Shown: piece after piece, positions 10,344 to 19,822 of the stretch
Position numbering within the stretch: position 1 is the first letter of the stretch
Layout of the letters: every line of letters starts with the position of its first letter
Assembly (NCBI GenBank): GCA_902556855.1
Contig: CACDXJ010000003.1
Span: forward strand, 5,643-69,642
Source: an uncultured Pelagibacteraceae bacterium
Lineage (GTDB): Bacteria > Pseudomonadota > Alphaproteobacteria > Pelagibacterales > Pelagibacteraceae
Reading direction: 5' to 3'
DNA length: 64,000 bases
Made by a program: the position numbers and the translations under genes
Notes under the pieces: generated by a model
Seen by the model: only the letters and a program-made list of their open reading frames with translations
What the model was told of the DNA's origin: nothing
Databases searched by the model: none

Positions 10344-11809
10344 TTAAATAATCTATCTAATACCTTAGCAGAAGAAAGTACACCGGGCATTCCAGCACCT
10401 GGATGTGTTCCAGCACCCACAAAATATAAATTATTAAAAACTTCTGATTGATTATGAAATCTGAAATAAGCTGACTGAGAAAATTTTGGCTGTATTGAAA
10501 ATCCAGATCCATGTAACGTTGCTAAATCTTTTTCAAAATAATCTGGAGTTAAATAAAAATCACTTACAACATTTTGTTTAATTCCTGGTAGGACCGATTT
10601 ATCCATTTTATCTAGTATTAAATTTTTGAATTCTTGACCCTCTTGAGACCAATTAATATTTGATAGATTGTTTGGAACGGGGACTAAAACGTAAAACGCA
10701 TCTTGACCTTTTGGGGCCATATTTGGGTCTGTAGCCGAAGGTCTATGTAAATAATAGCTAATGTCCTCAGATAAAATCTTTTTCTCAAAAATTTTATCTA
10801 AATGTTTTTCATAAGATTTACCAAAGTAAATAGTGTGATGAGCTACATCCTTATATTGTTTTTTTGATCCAAAATAATAAACAAATAAACCCATTGAATA
10901 ATCCATTCTTTTTATTTTTTGTTTAAATAAAAAGTTATAATTTTTTTTTGATTTAATTAAATTTCGATAAACATTCGGTGGATCTGAATTACAAATAATA
11001 TAGTCACAATTTAAAATTTTAGAATTATTGATCTTGACACCTTTGACCTTGTTATCGCTAGAAATTATTTCAGTAACTTCAGCATCTTTAATAATTTCAA
11101 TATTTTCTTCCCTCATTAATTTTTCCAGAGCGCTAACCATACTGCCTGTCCCACCCATGGAATAGTGAATACCCCACTTCTTTTCTAAAAATAAAATTAA
11201 AGTATAAATTGATGTAGTTGTGAAAGGATTACCACCTACTAGAAGGGGGTGCATACTAAAAACTCTTCTCAATTTTTCATTAGATATATATTTTGATACT
11301 AATTTATAAACAGATTTATAGCTTTTCAAACCTATTAGTGATGGAACCTGTTTAATCATGAATGTAAGTTTATTAAACGGTTTATCCGATAATTCTGTAA
11401 AACCTTTATTAAATATTTTTTCGGTGAAATTAACTAAATTAATATAACCTTCAAAGTCTTTTTCCGAAAACTTTTTAACTTCTTTTTCCATTGATTTTTT
11501 ATTTCCGGAGTAATCAAAAGTCTGCCCATCATCAAAAACAAACCTGTACCATAAATTTAAAGGAACTATTTCAACGTAGTCAGAAATTTTTTTATTAAAT
11601 AAATCAAATAATTCTTCAAAAAGGTAAGGAGCTGTGATGACAGTGGGACCACCATCATAGGTAAAATCACCTCTTTTAAAAACTCTTGCTCTACCTCCCA
11701 AATCAGGATGTTTTTCTAATAGTGTTACGTTATAGCCTTTTGCTTTCAATCTTATTGATGCAGCCAAACCGCCAAATCCAGAGCCTATAACTATAATTTT
11801 TTTTGCCAT
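10340..11809 (-). CDS. crtI: phytoene desaturase
   Basis: IGSGFGGLA, DGGPTVIT, NLYFVGAGTHPGAGMPGV. Confidence 0.95.
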   Translation of the reverse strand: MAKKIIVIGSGFGGLAASIRLKAKGYNVTLLEKHPDLGGRARVFKRGDFTYDGGPTVITAPYLFEELFDLFNKKISDYVEIVPLNLWYRFVFDDGQTFDYSGNKKSMEKEVKKFSEKDFEGYINLVNFTEKIFNKGFTELSDKPFNKLTFMIKQVPSLIGLKSYKSVYKLVSKYISNEKLRRVFSMHPLLVGGNPFTTTSIYTLILFLEKKWGIHYSMGGTGSMVSALEKLMREENIEIIKDAEVTEIISSDNKVKGVKINNSKILNCDYIICNSDPPNVYRNLIKSKKNYNFLFKQKIKRMDYSMGLFVYYFGSKKQYKDVAHHTIYFGKSYEKHLDKIFEKKILSEDISYYLHRPSATDPNMAPKGQDAFYVLVPVPNNLSNINWSQEGQEFKNLILDKMDKSVLPGIKQNVVSDFYLTPDYFEKDLATLHGSGFSIQPKFSQSAYFRFHNQSEVFNNLYFVGAGTHPGAGMPGVLSSAKVLDRLFK

Positions 11810-11826
11810 TTTGTTTATGGCCTATA

Positions 11827-12324
11827 TTAACTGGATTTTTTCTTAAGTGCTAATTTTACTTCTTCAATGCTTGAGCTATAAATTTTATCTAATTTGCTTT
11901 TATCTAAAGAGTTTTTGATCAATTTTTCTACTGACTCTATCGCTATATTTACTGAGGCATTTTTAATATCTTTAATAGCTTGATTTTTTAGCTGCCTTAT
12001 TCTTTCATCAGCATTTCTTTTTCTGTTTTCCATTAGAGCGTGAAATTCCTTATTAGTTTTAATAATATTTTTTTCAGCTTCTTCATTAGCTCTAACTATC
12101 ATATTCTTTACTTCATTTTTTGAATTACTAATTTTTTTTTCATTCTCACTTAAAATATTTTTTGCATCCTCTTTAAGTTTCTCAGCTTCATTGATTTGAT
12201 TTTTAATATTTAAAATGTTTTGCTCTAGAGTTTCTTTTACTTTTTGAGGAACTTTGAAATAAACTAATATTCCAAGAAAAATAAAGAATGAAATAGTTAC
12301 CCAAAAAGTAGCGTCTAATGTCAT
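11827..12324 (-). CDS. atpF: ATP synthase F0 subunit b
   Basis: DATFWV N-terminal TM helix plus charged coiled coil; F0 operon position. Confidence 0.9.
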   Translation of the reverse strand: MTLDATFWVTISFFIFLGILVYFKVPQKVKETLEQNILNIKNQINEAEKLKEDAKNILSENEKKISNSKNEVKNMIVRANEEAEKNIIKTNKEFHALMENRKRNADERIRQLKNQAIKDIKNASVNIAIESVEKLIKNSLDKSKLDKIYSSSIEEVKLALKKKSS

Positions 12325-12896
12325 AGATACTTACCAATATTCTTTTTTGAAACTTCTTCTACTGTAGCTTTGATATTACTTTCATTGAGTTTATCACCTG
12401 ATATTTTTTCAATAATATTCGCAGCAATATTTTCTGAGATATTTTGTATCGAGGTTATAGAGTTTTTCTTTATTTCAATTATTTCTTTTTGTGTTTTGGT
12501 TATCTCTTGTTCAATTTTTTTTTCTATCTCATCCTTTTTTTTTTGGATATTCTTATCTAAAATATTTTTCGACTCAAAGTGAATTTTGGAAACTTCTTTT
12601 TTAGCGTTATCTAAAATTTTTTCATACTCCTTGAGTTTTTGTTCTGATTGTTCTTTAAATTTATTTGCGTTCTCTAAGTCTTCTTTGATTTTATTTTCTC
12701 TGTTGTCTAGATTATCTTTAATTTTTGGTAAGTAAAATTTTGATATCGAGATAAAAAGTGTAGTGAAAACTAAAATTAACCAAAATGCTTGAGAAGCCCA
12801 ATATTTTGGATCCAGCTGAGGCATACCAGCCTCAGCTGCATACAAATCAATATTTGTAGCTGTAAAAGCTATTACTAAACTTAACAAACTTTTCAT
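12321..12896 (-). CDS. ATP synthase F0 subunit b' (probable start 12896; ORF open to 12917)
   Basis: GMPQLDP..WASQAFWL motif typical of alphaproteobacterial b'. Confidence 0.88.
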   Translation of the reverse strand: MKSLLSLVIAFTATNIDLYAAEAGMPQLDPKYWASQAFWLILVFTTLFISISKFYLPKIKDNLDNRENKIKEDLENANKFKEQSEQKLKEYEKILDNAKKEVSKIHFESKNILDKNIQKKKDEIEKKIEQEITKTQKEIIEIKKNSITSIQNISENIAANIIEKISGDKLNESNIKATVEEVSKKNIGKYL

Positions 12897-12906
12897 ATTT
12901 AATTTA

Positions 12907-13134
12907 CTAAAATGCAAATAAAATAATTAAAGCTACTACAAGTCCAAATAATCCTGTTGCCTCTGCTAAAGCAAATCCCAACAGCAAGTTTGGGAATTGT
13001 TTTTGAGCTGCAGACGGATTTCTCATTGCACCAGATAGGTAATTACCGAAAATAATTCCGATACCTACTCCAGCTCCAGCCAATGCGATTGCAGCAAGAC
13101 CTGCTCCAATCATTTTTGCCGCTTCTAACTCCAT
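12907..13134 (-). CDS. atpE: ATP synthase F0 subunit c
   Basis: GAGVGIG, RNPSA, FALAEA; GGAGG Shine-Dalgarno upstream. Confidence 0.97.
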   Translation of the reverse strand: MELEAAKMIGAGLAAIALAGAGVGIGIIFGNYLSGAMRNPSAAQKQFPNLLLGFALAEATGLFGLVVALIILFAF

Positions 13135-13151
13135 TTTTCCTCCTTTATTAA

Positions 13152-13886
13152 TTAATGGTGTAAATTTAATGCATCATTTAAATAGATGCAGGTTAATATT
13201 GCAAAAACGTAAGCTTGCAAAAAAGCAACTAATATTTCTAATCCCGTCAATGCTACTGAAAAACTAAGCGGTAACCAGCCACCTAGTACTCCTAAACTTA
13301 CTACAAAACCTCCAAAAACTTTTAACATTGTATGACCAGCCATCATATTAGCAAATAAACGCACAGATAAACTCACTGGTCTACTAAGATAAGATATAAT
13401 TTCAATTACAGTTATTAATGGCAATAAAACAACTGGCACTCCACTAGGAACAAAAATACTTAAGTATTTAAAACCGTGTTTAATAAAACCAATTATTGTA
13501 ACAGCTACGAAGATAAATAAAGCCATTATTAAAGTTACAATTATATGACTTGTAACAGTAAATGAGTAAGGAAGCATTCCAACCATATTACAAAATAGAA
13601 CAAACATAAATAAACTAAATATAAATGGAAAATAAGGTTTTGCTTTTGACCCAGCCGTATCGCTAATCATTTTTGCCACAAAGGTATAAAATAATTCAGC
13701 AACTAGTTGAATTTTATCAGGCACAATCTTTTTTTCCTTTGAGCCAAAAAACAAAAAAAGAATAATTACTAAAGCACTTATGACCATAAACAAACTTGCG
13801 TTTGTAAAGGAAAGATCTACTCCCACAATTTTAATTTCAGGTCCTATTTTATAGACCGTAAATTGTTGCATTGGATTACTTGCCAT
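13152..13886 (-). CDS. atpB: ATP synthase F0 subunit a
   Basis: SRPVSLSVRLFANMMAGH, LQAYVFAILTCIYL. Confidence 0.97.
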   Translation of the reverse strand: MASNPMQQFTVYKIGPEIKIVGVDLSFTNASLFMVISALVIILFLFFGSKEKKIVPDKIQLVAELFYTFVAKMISDTAGSKAKPYFPFIFSLFMFVLFCNMVGMLPYSFTVTSHIIVTLIMALFIFVAVTIIGFIKHGFKYLSIFVPSGVPVVLLPLITVIEIISYLSRPVSLSVRLFANMMAGHTMLKVFGGFVVSLGVLGGWLPLSFSVALTGLEILVAFLQAYVFAILTCIYLNDALNLHH

Positions 13887-13887
13887 A

Positions 13888-14178
13888 TTAACCTTTGTCT
13901 TCTTTCTGCATTTTGTTAGCTACTCGTATTACATTTAACATGCCTGCTGCTGCTCCTAAAAAAAAGAAAATTATTATAAACCAAGGTTTAGTACCAAACC
14001 AGCTATCTAAAATAAACCCAATTATTGTCCCAACTGCAACTGCGGCGACTAACTCAGTGCCTAACTTAAATGCATTACCCATAAATGACCCTCTTTTTCC
14101 TTCTTCATTAATGGGGGGTCTTTTAATTTTCGATTTTGCAATTTTAAGGCGAGTTTTAAAATCTTCAGGAATATTCAT
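13888..14178 (-). CDS. atpI: AtpZ/AtpI family ATP synthase accessory protein
   Basis: ELVAAVAVGTIIGFILDSWFGTKPW..FFLGAAAG; first gene of F0 block. Confidence 0.88.
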   Translation of the reverse strand: MNIPEDFKTRLKIAKSKIKRPPINEEGKRGSFMGNAFKLGTELVAAVAVGTIIGFILDSWFGTKPWFIIIFFFLGAAAGMLNVIRVANKMQKEDKG

Positions 14179-14188
14179 TATAAATTAA

Positions 14189-16633
14189 TTAAGCAACCAA
14201 TTCTTCAGCTCTTTGTAAATCAACAGAAACTAATTGGCTTACTCCTTGTTCAGCCATAGTAACTCCATATAATCTATCCATCCTGGACATTGTCAATGCA
14301 TGGTGTGTTATGATTATAAATTTCGTATTTGTAATTTTTGTTAGATCATCAAGTAAACCACAAAATCTTGTTACATTCGCATCATCTAATGGAGCGTCTA
14401 CTTCATCTAAAACACAAATTGGTGACGGATTGACTAGAAAAACTGCAAATACTAAAGACAAAGCTGTTAAAGCCTGCTCTCCACCAGAAAGTAAAGTAAT
14501 TGATTGAAGTCTTTTCCCTGGAGGTGAAACAAACATCTCCAATCCCGCTTCAAGCGGATCATCCGAGTCAACTAATTCAATTTTTGCAGTTCCCCCATTA
14601 AACAATTTTGTATAAACCTCATTAAATTTCCTATTAACTTTTGTATAAGCCTCAAGCAGTCTTTCTCTACCTTTTTGATTTAACTCATCGATACTCGTCT
14701 TTAATTTTACAATAGCAGAATAAAGATCGGCTCTATCATCTTCCATTTTTTTTATTTCATTTTCATATTTCTTTGTTTCCTCATCTGCTCTAAGATTTAC
14801 AGAGCCCAAAGATTCTCTAATTTTTTTTGTTTTTTCAATTTTTTCTGTTTGCTCTTCAATAGTTGGAAAGCTTTCAATTTCTATGTCGTTTAAATCTGAT
14901 TGTGGTAAAATCGAAGTCTCATTATCAATGTTGAGTTCATTTTTAACAGAATAGAGTAAATCTTTTTTTCTATTTTCAATTCCCTCAACTGTTGCTTCAT
15001 TTCTTGCTTTATTCTCTCTAAGATCTGAAAGTTTTAATTGAATTTCTTTAAGATTTTCATTTATTGCACTATATTTCTTTTCAGCCTCTACCAGCTCATT
15101 TTCAATTTCTTCATTCCTTTTTTTTATATTTTCAAGATTTTGTAAATTTTGCCCTTTTGAGGTAGCAATTCTTTCTGGGTTTTTTTGATTTTCACTAATT
15201 TCTAATTTAATTTTATTTTTTCTGTCATTTAATTCAGAAACCATTTTCTCTGAGTTAGTTTTTAAATTTCGCCAATTTTCTAATTCAACATCAATATTCT
15301 TTATTCGCTCTTTTCTTTTAATCGAGTCACTTTCTATTGATTTATTCTTTCCATATTTTTCTGCATACTCTTCTTGAGAAAGAGTAATCTTTTTTACAAG
15401 TAGTTTAAGTTTTTTAAATGTTTCTTTAGAAAGTTTTTTGTTTTTGTCAATATACTCTTCAATTTCATCTAACATGACATCCAACTCATTTTGTAATTTA
15501 TTTAGATCTGATTTTGATATTTGAAGTTCTCTTGAAGAGCTTTTTTCTACATCTAGCAGCTTATTTTCTGTGTTTAAAAGTTCCTGTTTTTCTTTTGAAA
15601 TTCTTTTTTCGTTAAGATCTGCGTCTAGAGAAATACTTTTTTCTCTCTCAAGATCAGACTCAGCAGTTTTGATTGATTTCTCCAGTTTCTCTTGAAGCGA
15701 TTTTACTCTAGCCTCCTCTTCTACAAGATTCGTCATATCTAAATTAAGTTTTTGAAGCGAAGCAGCACTCTCTATTTTTTTGTCTCTAAGTGGAGCTAGT
15801 TTTTTTCTCTCTTCCTCTAAGAGAGAATTGTTATGATTATAATCTATATTAATTGCACTTATTTCATCATCTAATTCACTTATTTTTTCCAAAATTTGTT
15901 TTTTATCTTTTTCGATTTCTTTTATTTTTAAAAAATATAAACCAGCTTCAATTTTTTTAATTTGACTTGAAATTTCTTTATATCTAGTAGCTTCTTCTGC
16001 TTGTTTTTTCAAATTATCAAGTTGTTTTTGTTGTTGTCTTTTTAGTTCATCAGCTCTTTTGAGATTATTTTCTGCTGCATTTAATCTTGTCTCAGCCTCC
16101 TGTCGTCTAGCATGAATTCCTGAAATTCCAGCAGCTTCTTCTAAAATAGATTTTCTTTCGATTGGTTTAGCTGTAACTAGCTGACCAATTCTTCCTTGAC
16201 TTATTAAAGAAGGAGAGTGCGCACCCGTAGAAAGATCGGCAAAAAAAGTTTGCACATCTCTAGCTCTTACTTCTTTATCATTTATATAATATTTGGAACC
16301 TTTATCTTTTTCAATTTTACGTTTAATAGATATTTCATCAAAGTTATTATATTGAGCAGACCCGGTTTTTTCTTGGTTATCTAATAATAAAGCAACCTCA
16401 GAAATATTTTTTGAAGGCAGATTTGATGTTCCTGAGAAAATTACATCTTCCATTCCAGAACCCCTCATACTTTTTGCTGAATTTTCTCCCATACACCATC
16501 TTAAAGCTTCTACAATATTTGATTTACCACAACCGTTAGGACCAACTATACCTGTAAGACCCTTTTCAATAAGAATAGTTGTCTTCTCAGAAAAAGATTT
16601 AAAACCTGTCATTTCTAAATTTTTAAATTTCAT
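14189..16633 (-). CDS. smc: SMC chromosome segregation ATPase, unusually short (814 aa)
   Basis: GFKSF, Walker A GPNGCGKSN, ISQG Q-loop, EEAAGI, LGSVNLRA, signature LSGGEQ, Walker B/D-loop VLDEVDAPLD. Confidence 0.93.
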   Translation of the reverse strand: MKFKNLEMTGFKSFSEKTTILIEKGLTGIVGPNGCGKSNIVEALRWCMGENSAKSMRGSGMEDVIFSGTSNLPSKNISEVALLLDNQEKTGSAQYNNFDEISIKRKIEKDKGSKYYINDKEVRARDVQTFFADLSTGAHSPSLISQGRIGQLVTAKPIERKSILEEAAGISGIHARRQEAETRLNAAENNLKRADELKRQQQKQLDNLKKQAEEATRYKEISSQIKKIEAGLYFLKIKEIEKDKKQILEKISELDDEISAINIDYNHNNSLLEEERKKLAPLRDKKIESAASLQKLNLDMTNLVEEEARVKSLQEKLEKSIKTAESDLEREKSISLDADLNEKRISKEKQELLNTENKLLDVEKSSSRELQISKSDLNKLQNELDVMLDEIEEYIDKNKKLSKETFKKLKLLVKKITLSQEEYAEKYGKNKSIESDSIKRKERIKNIDVELENWRNLKTNSEKMVSELNDRKNKIKLEISENQKNPERIATSKGQNLQNLENIKKRNEEIENELVEAEKKYSAINENLKEIQLKLSDLRENKARNEATVEGIENRKKDLLYSVKNELNIDNETSILPQSDLNDIEIESFPTIEEQTEKIEKTKKIRESLGSVNLRADEETKKYENEIKKMEDDRADLYSAIVKLKTSIDELNQKGRERLLEAYTKVNRKFNEVYTKLFNGGTAKIELVDSDDPLEAGLEMFVSPPGKRLQSITLLSGGEQALTALSLVFAVFLVNPSPICVLDEVDAPLDDANVTRFCGLLDDLTKITNTKFIIITHHALTMSRMDRLYGVTMAEQGVSQLVSVDLQRAEELVA

Positions 16634-17227
16634 TTAAAGATTTTTTTCTATAACTTTTTTAAAATGTTTATATTCGACTTTACCTGTGTATTTTTTTTCA
16701 TTTATGAAAATAGTAGGAGTTGACTCAATTTTATATTTTTTTTGAGCTTCAATTCTTTGATTAAGAATGTCATCTTGTTTTTTTTCATCTTCTAAACATG
16801 AGTTCATCTGATTTTTTTCTAAATTTAACTCAGATCCAATTTTTTTAATTGAATTATTAATTTTGTTTATATCAGATCCAACTGCCCAAATTTTTTGTTT
16901 TTCATAAATTTTTTCTAAAAGATCAAATCTTTTAGCATTACTATCAATACACCTTATAATTATTTCTGCATTTAATGCCGCAAGATCTAATGGAAAAGCA
17001 TGGTGCTCGAATTTTACAAGACCTTTATCAATAAAATCTTTTTTCAAATTGCCAAAAATTATATTATGAAAATCTGCACAATGGGGACATGTTAAGGATG
17101 AAAAAACTTTAACTGTTACTTTTGCATTATTTTCACCTAAGCTTAAAATTTTACTTTCTGCGCTCACAGAAAATAAAAAAAATACGCAATAAATTATTCT
17201 AAACAAAGTTTTATTTATTTCTTGCAT
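16634..17227 (-). CDS. DsbA family thioredoxin-fold protein with N-terminal signal/anchor
   Basis: SLTCPHC active site; STP cis-proline loop. Confidence 0.88.
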   Translation of the reverse strand: MQEINKTLFRIIYCVFFLFSVSAESKILSLGENNAKVTVKVFSSLTCPHCADFHNIIFGNLKKDFIDKGLVKFEHHAFPLDLAALNAEIIIRCIDSNAKRFDLLEKIYEKQKIWAVGSDINKINNSIKKIGSELNLEKNQMNSCLEDEKKQDDILNQRIEAQKKYKIESTPTIFINEKKYTGKVEYKHFKKVIEKNL

Positions 17228-17696
17228 TATAAGCTTTCAAGAAGTTGTTAAGAGAGACTTTTAATTTTGAGTCATTTACTTTTTTTATCTTATCGTCAAT
17301 TTTGTTTAAATCTTTAATTTTAGGAAAAATTTTATAATTTTTTTTAATTTTATCTTGCACGACTTTTAATATAATTCTGTTAATACATTGGTACCCAAAG
17401 AAGCTATTGATTTTATCAATTATTTCTTTTTTACCATATTCAACCTCAATTTCTTTTCCATGTAAAACATTTAAAATTAAAGTTCCATCTTTCATTTCTT
17501 TATTCATTTTTACTGATGCCGGGTAACAAGCATCGGAAACTTTTTTACTGACCATTCTTGTCCAATTATCGACTATGTTTGAATAGTTATAACCACCTTT
17601 TTTTAAATGTTTTTTTAGAGCCTTTGGAATAGATCTTGAAAAAGGACGAAGTCCTTGTATGAAGGTCTGCATTTTATTATTATTTTTGTAATGCAT
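17211..17696 (-). CDS. DciA/DUF721 family protein (helicase loader)
   Basis: W..MVS...A..YP, GTLILNV, IIDKINSFFGY pattern; mutY-DUF721-dsbA-smc synteny known in Alphaproteobacteria. Confidence 0.78.
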   Translation of the reverse strand: MHYKNNNKMQTFIQGLRPFSRSIPKALKKHLKKGGYNYSNIVDNWTRMVSKKVSDACYPASVKMNKEMKDGTLILNVLHGKEIEVEYGKKEIIDKINSFFGYQCINRIILKVVQDKIKKNYKIFPKIKDLNKIDDKIKKVNDSKLKVSLNNFLKAYNARNK

Positions 17697-18692
17697 ATAA
17701 ATCCAATTCTATCAAAAAAAATTTTAGCTTGGTATGATAATAACAAAAGAAAGTTACCCTGGCGTGTTGGCAAAAAGTCACCTAAAAAGCTGTATTATAG
17801 ACTTTTAAGTGAATTCATGTTGCAGCAGACTCAGGTCAAAACTGTTATTCCTTATTTCAATAATTTTACTAAAAAGTTTAAAACTTTAAAATCATTATCA
17901 ATAAGTAGCGAGAGAGAAGTCCTAAAAACGTGGGAAGGGCTTGGCTATTACAGAAGAGCTAGAAATTTATTGGCATGTTCTAAAAAACTAGTGAGAGATC
18001 ATGGGTCAAGACTTCCTTATTCATTAGAAAAAATAAAAAAACTTCCAGGAATAGGAGATTATACTGGAAATGCATTATTAGGTTTAGTTTATAATATGCC
18101 AACTATAGCAGTTGATGGGAACGTTAAGAGAGTTTTCTCAAGAATACTTAACAAAGAAGAAAATAAAATCAATTTTGAAAATTTAATTGATAAAAACAAA
18201 AAAAATTTCTTTAAGACTAATCGTAACGCAGACTTTGTCGAGGCTTTAATGGAATTCGGAGCACTTGTGTGTAAACCAAAAGACCCAAATTGTCTGACGT
18301 GTTGTTTGAAAAAAACTTGTAAGTATTTTAAATCTAAGAATAAAATTAGATCATCTAAAAGAAAAATGATTAGAAAAAATTACAATGTATTTTGTTATAT
18401 TAATAAAAAAAAGCAGATAGCATTAACAAAAGAAAATAAAATAGGTTTTTTGAAAAATTTCTATTTACCAACAATTATAGAGGATGCAAATTCTTTTAAT
18501 AATCGAAACTGGAAATTTTTAAAAAATTATCAAAATCCTATTTCAAACTTGAAATTAAATATTAATTTATATTACAAGTTCGCTAAAAGAATTCCTCAGT
18601 CTCATAATTGGTACTCTTTGGAGAAAAATAAAGAGTTTATTCCTAGTTTTACAAAAAAAATATTCAAACAGATCTCAACTTTATTTAAATGA
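17691..18692 (+). CDS. mutY: A/G-specific adenine glycosylase (probable start 17691)
   Basis: LPWR, SEFMLQQTQV, WEGLGYYRRA, LPGIGDYT, VDGNVKRV, C-x6-C-x2-C-x5-C Fe-S motif. Confidence 0.94.
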   Translation: MHINPILSKKILAWYDNNKRKLPWRVGKKSPKKLYYRLLSEFMLQQTQVKTVIPYFNNFTKKFKTLKSLSISSEREVLKTWEGLGYYRRARNLLACSKKLVRDHGSRLPYSLEKIKKLPGIGDYTGNALLGLVYNMPTIAVDGNVKRVFSRILNKEENKINFENLIDKNKKNFFKTNRNADFVEALMEFGALVCKPKDPNCLTCCLKKTCKYFKSKNKIRSSKRKMIRKNYNVFCYINKKKQIALTKENKIGFLKNFYLPTIIEDANSFNNRNWKFLKNYQNPISNLKLNINLYYKFAKRIPQSHNWYSLEKNKEFIPSFTKKIFKQISTLFK

Positions 18693-19822
18693 AAAAAAAA
18701 TTGGCAATTATCGGCGCTGGTATAGCAGGCTTGACCTTGGCTAACTTACTTAAAAAAAATTCTAATCATGAATTTATGGTTTACGAAAGAGAGGAAAGTT
18801 TGTCTCTTGAGGAGGGCTACGGTATTCAATTAGCAACAAACAGTATAAAAATTTTAAACCAAATAGGTTTTGACAAAATTAACAACGAAAAAATTTTTCA
18901 CCCAAAAACAATAGATTTTTATAATATACAAAATGAAAAAATATGTGATTTAAATTTATCTAAGTTTAATAGTCCTGAAGCAAAATATACAACACTTCAA
19001 AGATCTACTTTAATCGAATTTTTGAAAGAGGAAATTTATACACAGCATTTAAGATTTGGAAAAAAAATAAAAGAGGTCTCTGAACTTAAAGATAAAGTTC
19101 TTATCAAATTTGATGACAATACAAATGATCTGGTAGACTTTGTTGTTGCTGCTGATGGAATATTTTCTAATACCAGATCATTTTTTGAAATAAAAAAAAT
19201 TGAGCCAAAATTTAAAAAAGCTATTGCAGCAAGAATAATATTAAATTCAAAATCTGAATTAGATATAAATGAAGAAAATATAAGTATAATGCTAGGTAGT
19301 AATAGTCATATTGTTCTTTATCCAATAAATGAAAAAAAAGAACTAAATATGGTTTGCATTATGAGATGTAAAAAATATGATCCTGATTATACTAAGCAGT
19401 TAGTCCATGAAATAGTTTTGAAACAAAACCCAAAATTAAAAAATATATTTGAGAATGAAATAAAAACATGGCCTTTATATTTTACTCCAAAAATTATTCC
19501 TTCTTCTAACAAAAAGGTATTTTATATTGGAGATGCTTTTAATGGGTTTTTACCAACTCTTGCACAAGGCGCTGGCCAATCTATAGAAAGTGCTTTTGAA
19601 ATATTTAATTTATTAAAAAATAATAAGCTTGATAAAGAAAATAATTATTTTGAAATTAGATCAAAAAGGGCAAAAATTATTAGAAGTAGATCAAATTTTA
19701 ATTTCTTTGCTTTTCACTTTTCAAGCAAAATTATGCAAAATATAAGAAATCTATTTTTGAAGTTTTTGGTAAAACGTAAATTTTTTGTTAATACATACTT
19801 AGGTAAAGTTTATAGGAATTAA
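18689..19822 (+). CDS. FAD-dependent monooxygenase (salicylate hydroxylase-like), substrate unknown
   Basis: GAGIAG, AADGIFS, IGDA...P..AQGAGQSIE fingerprints. Confidence 0.85.
   Translation: MKKKLAIIGAGIAGLTLANLLKKNSNHEFMVYEREESLSLEEGYGIQLATNSIKILNQIGFDKINNEKIFHPKTIDFYNIQNEKICDLNLSKFNSPEAKYTTLQRSTLIEFLKEEIYTQHLRFGKKIKEVSELKDKVLIKFDDNTNDLVDFVVAADGIFSNTRSFFEIKKIEPKFKKAIAARIILNSKSELDINEENISIMLGSNSHIVLYPINEKKELNMVCIMRCKKYDPDYTKQLVHEIVLKQNPKLKNIFENEIKTWPLYFTPKIIPSSNKKVFYIGDAFNGFLPTLAQGAGQSIESAFEIFNLLKNNKLDKENNYFEIRSKRAKIIRSRSNFNFFAFHFSSKIMQNIRNLFLKFLVKRKFFVNTYLGKVYRN

Noticed and set aside
12520-12550. Long T/A homopolymer runs as phase-variation or frameshift sites
   Set aside because: They encode Lys-rich stretches in intact frames and are common throughout this AT-rich sequence.
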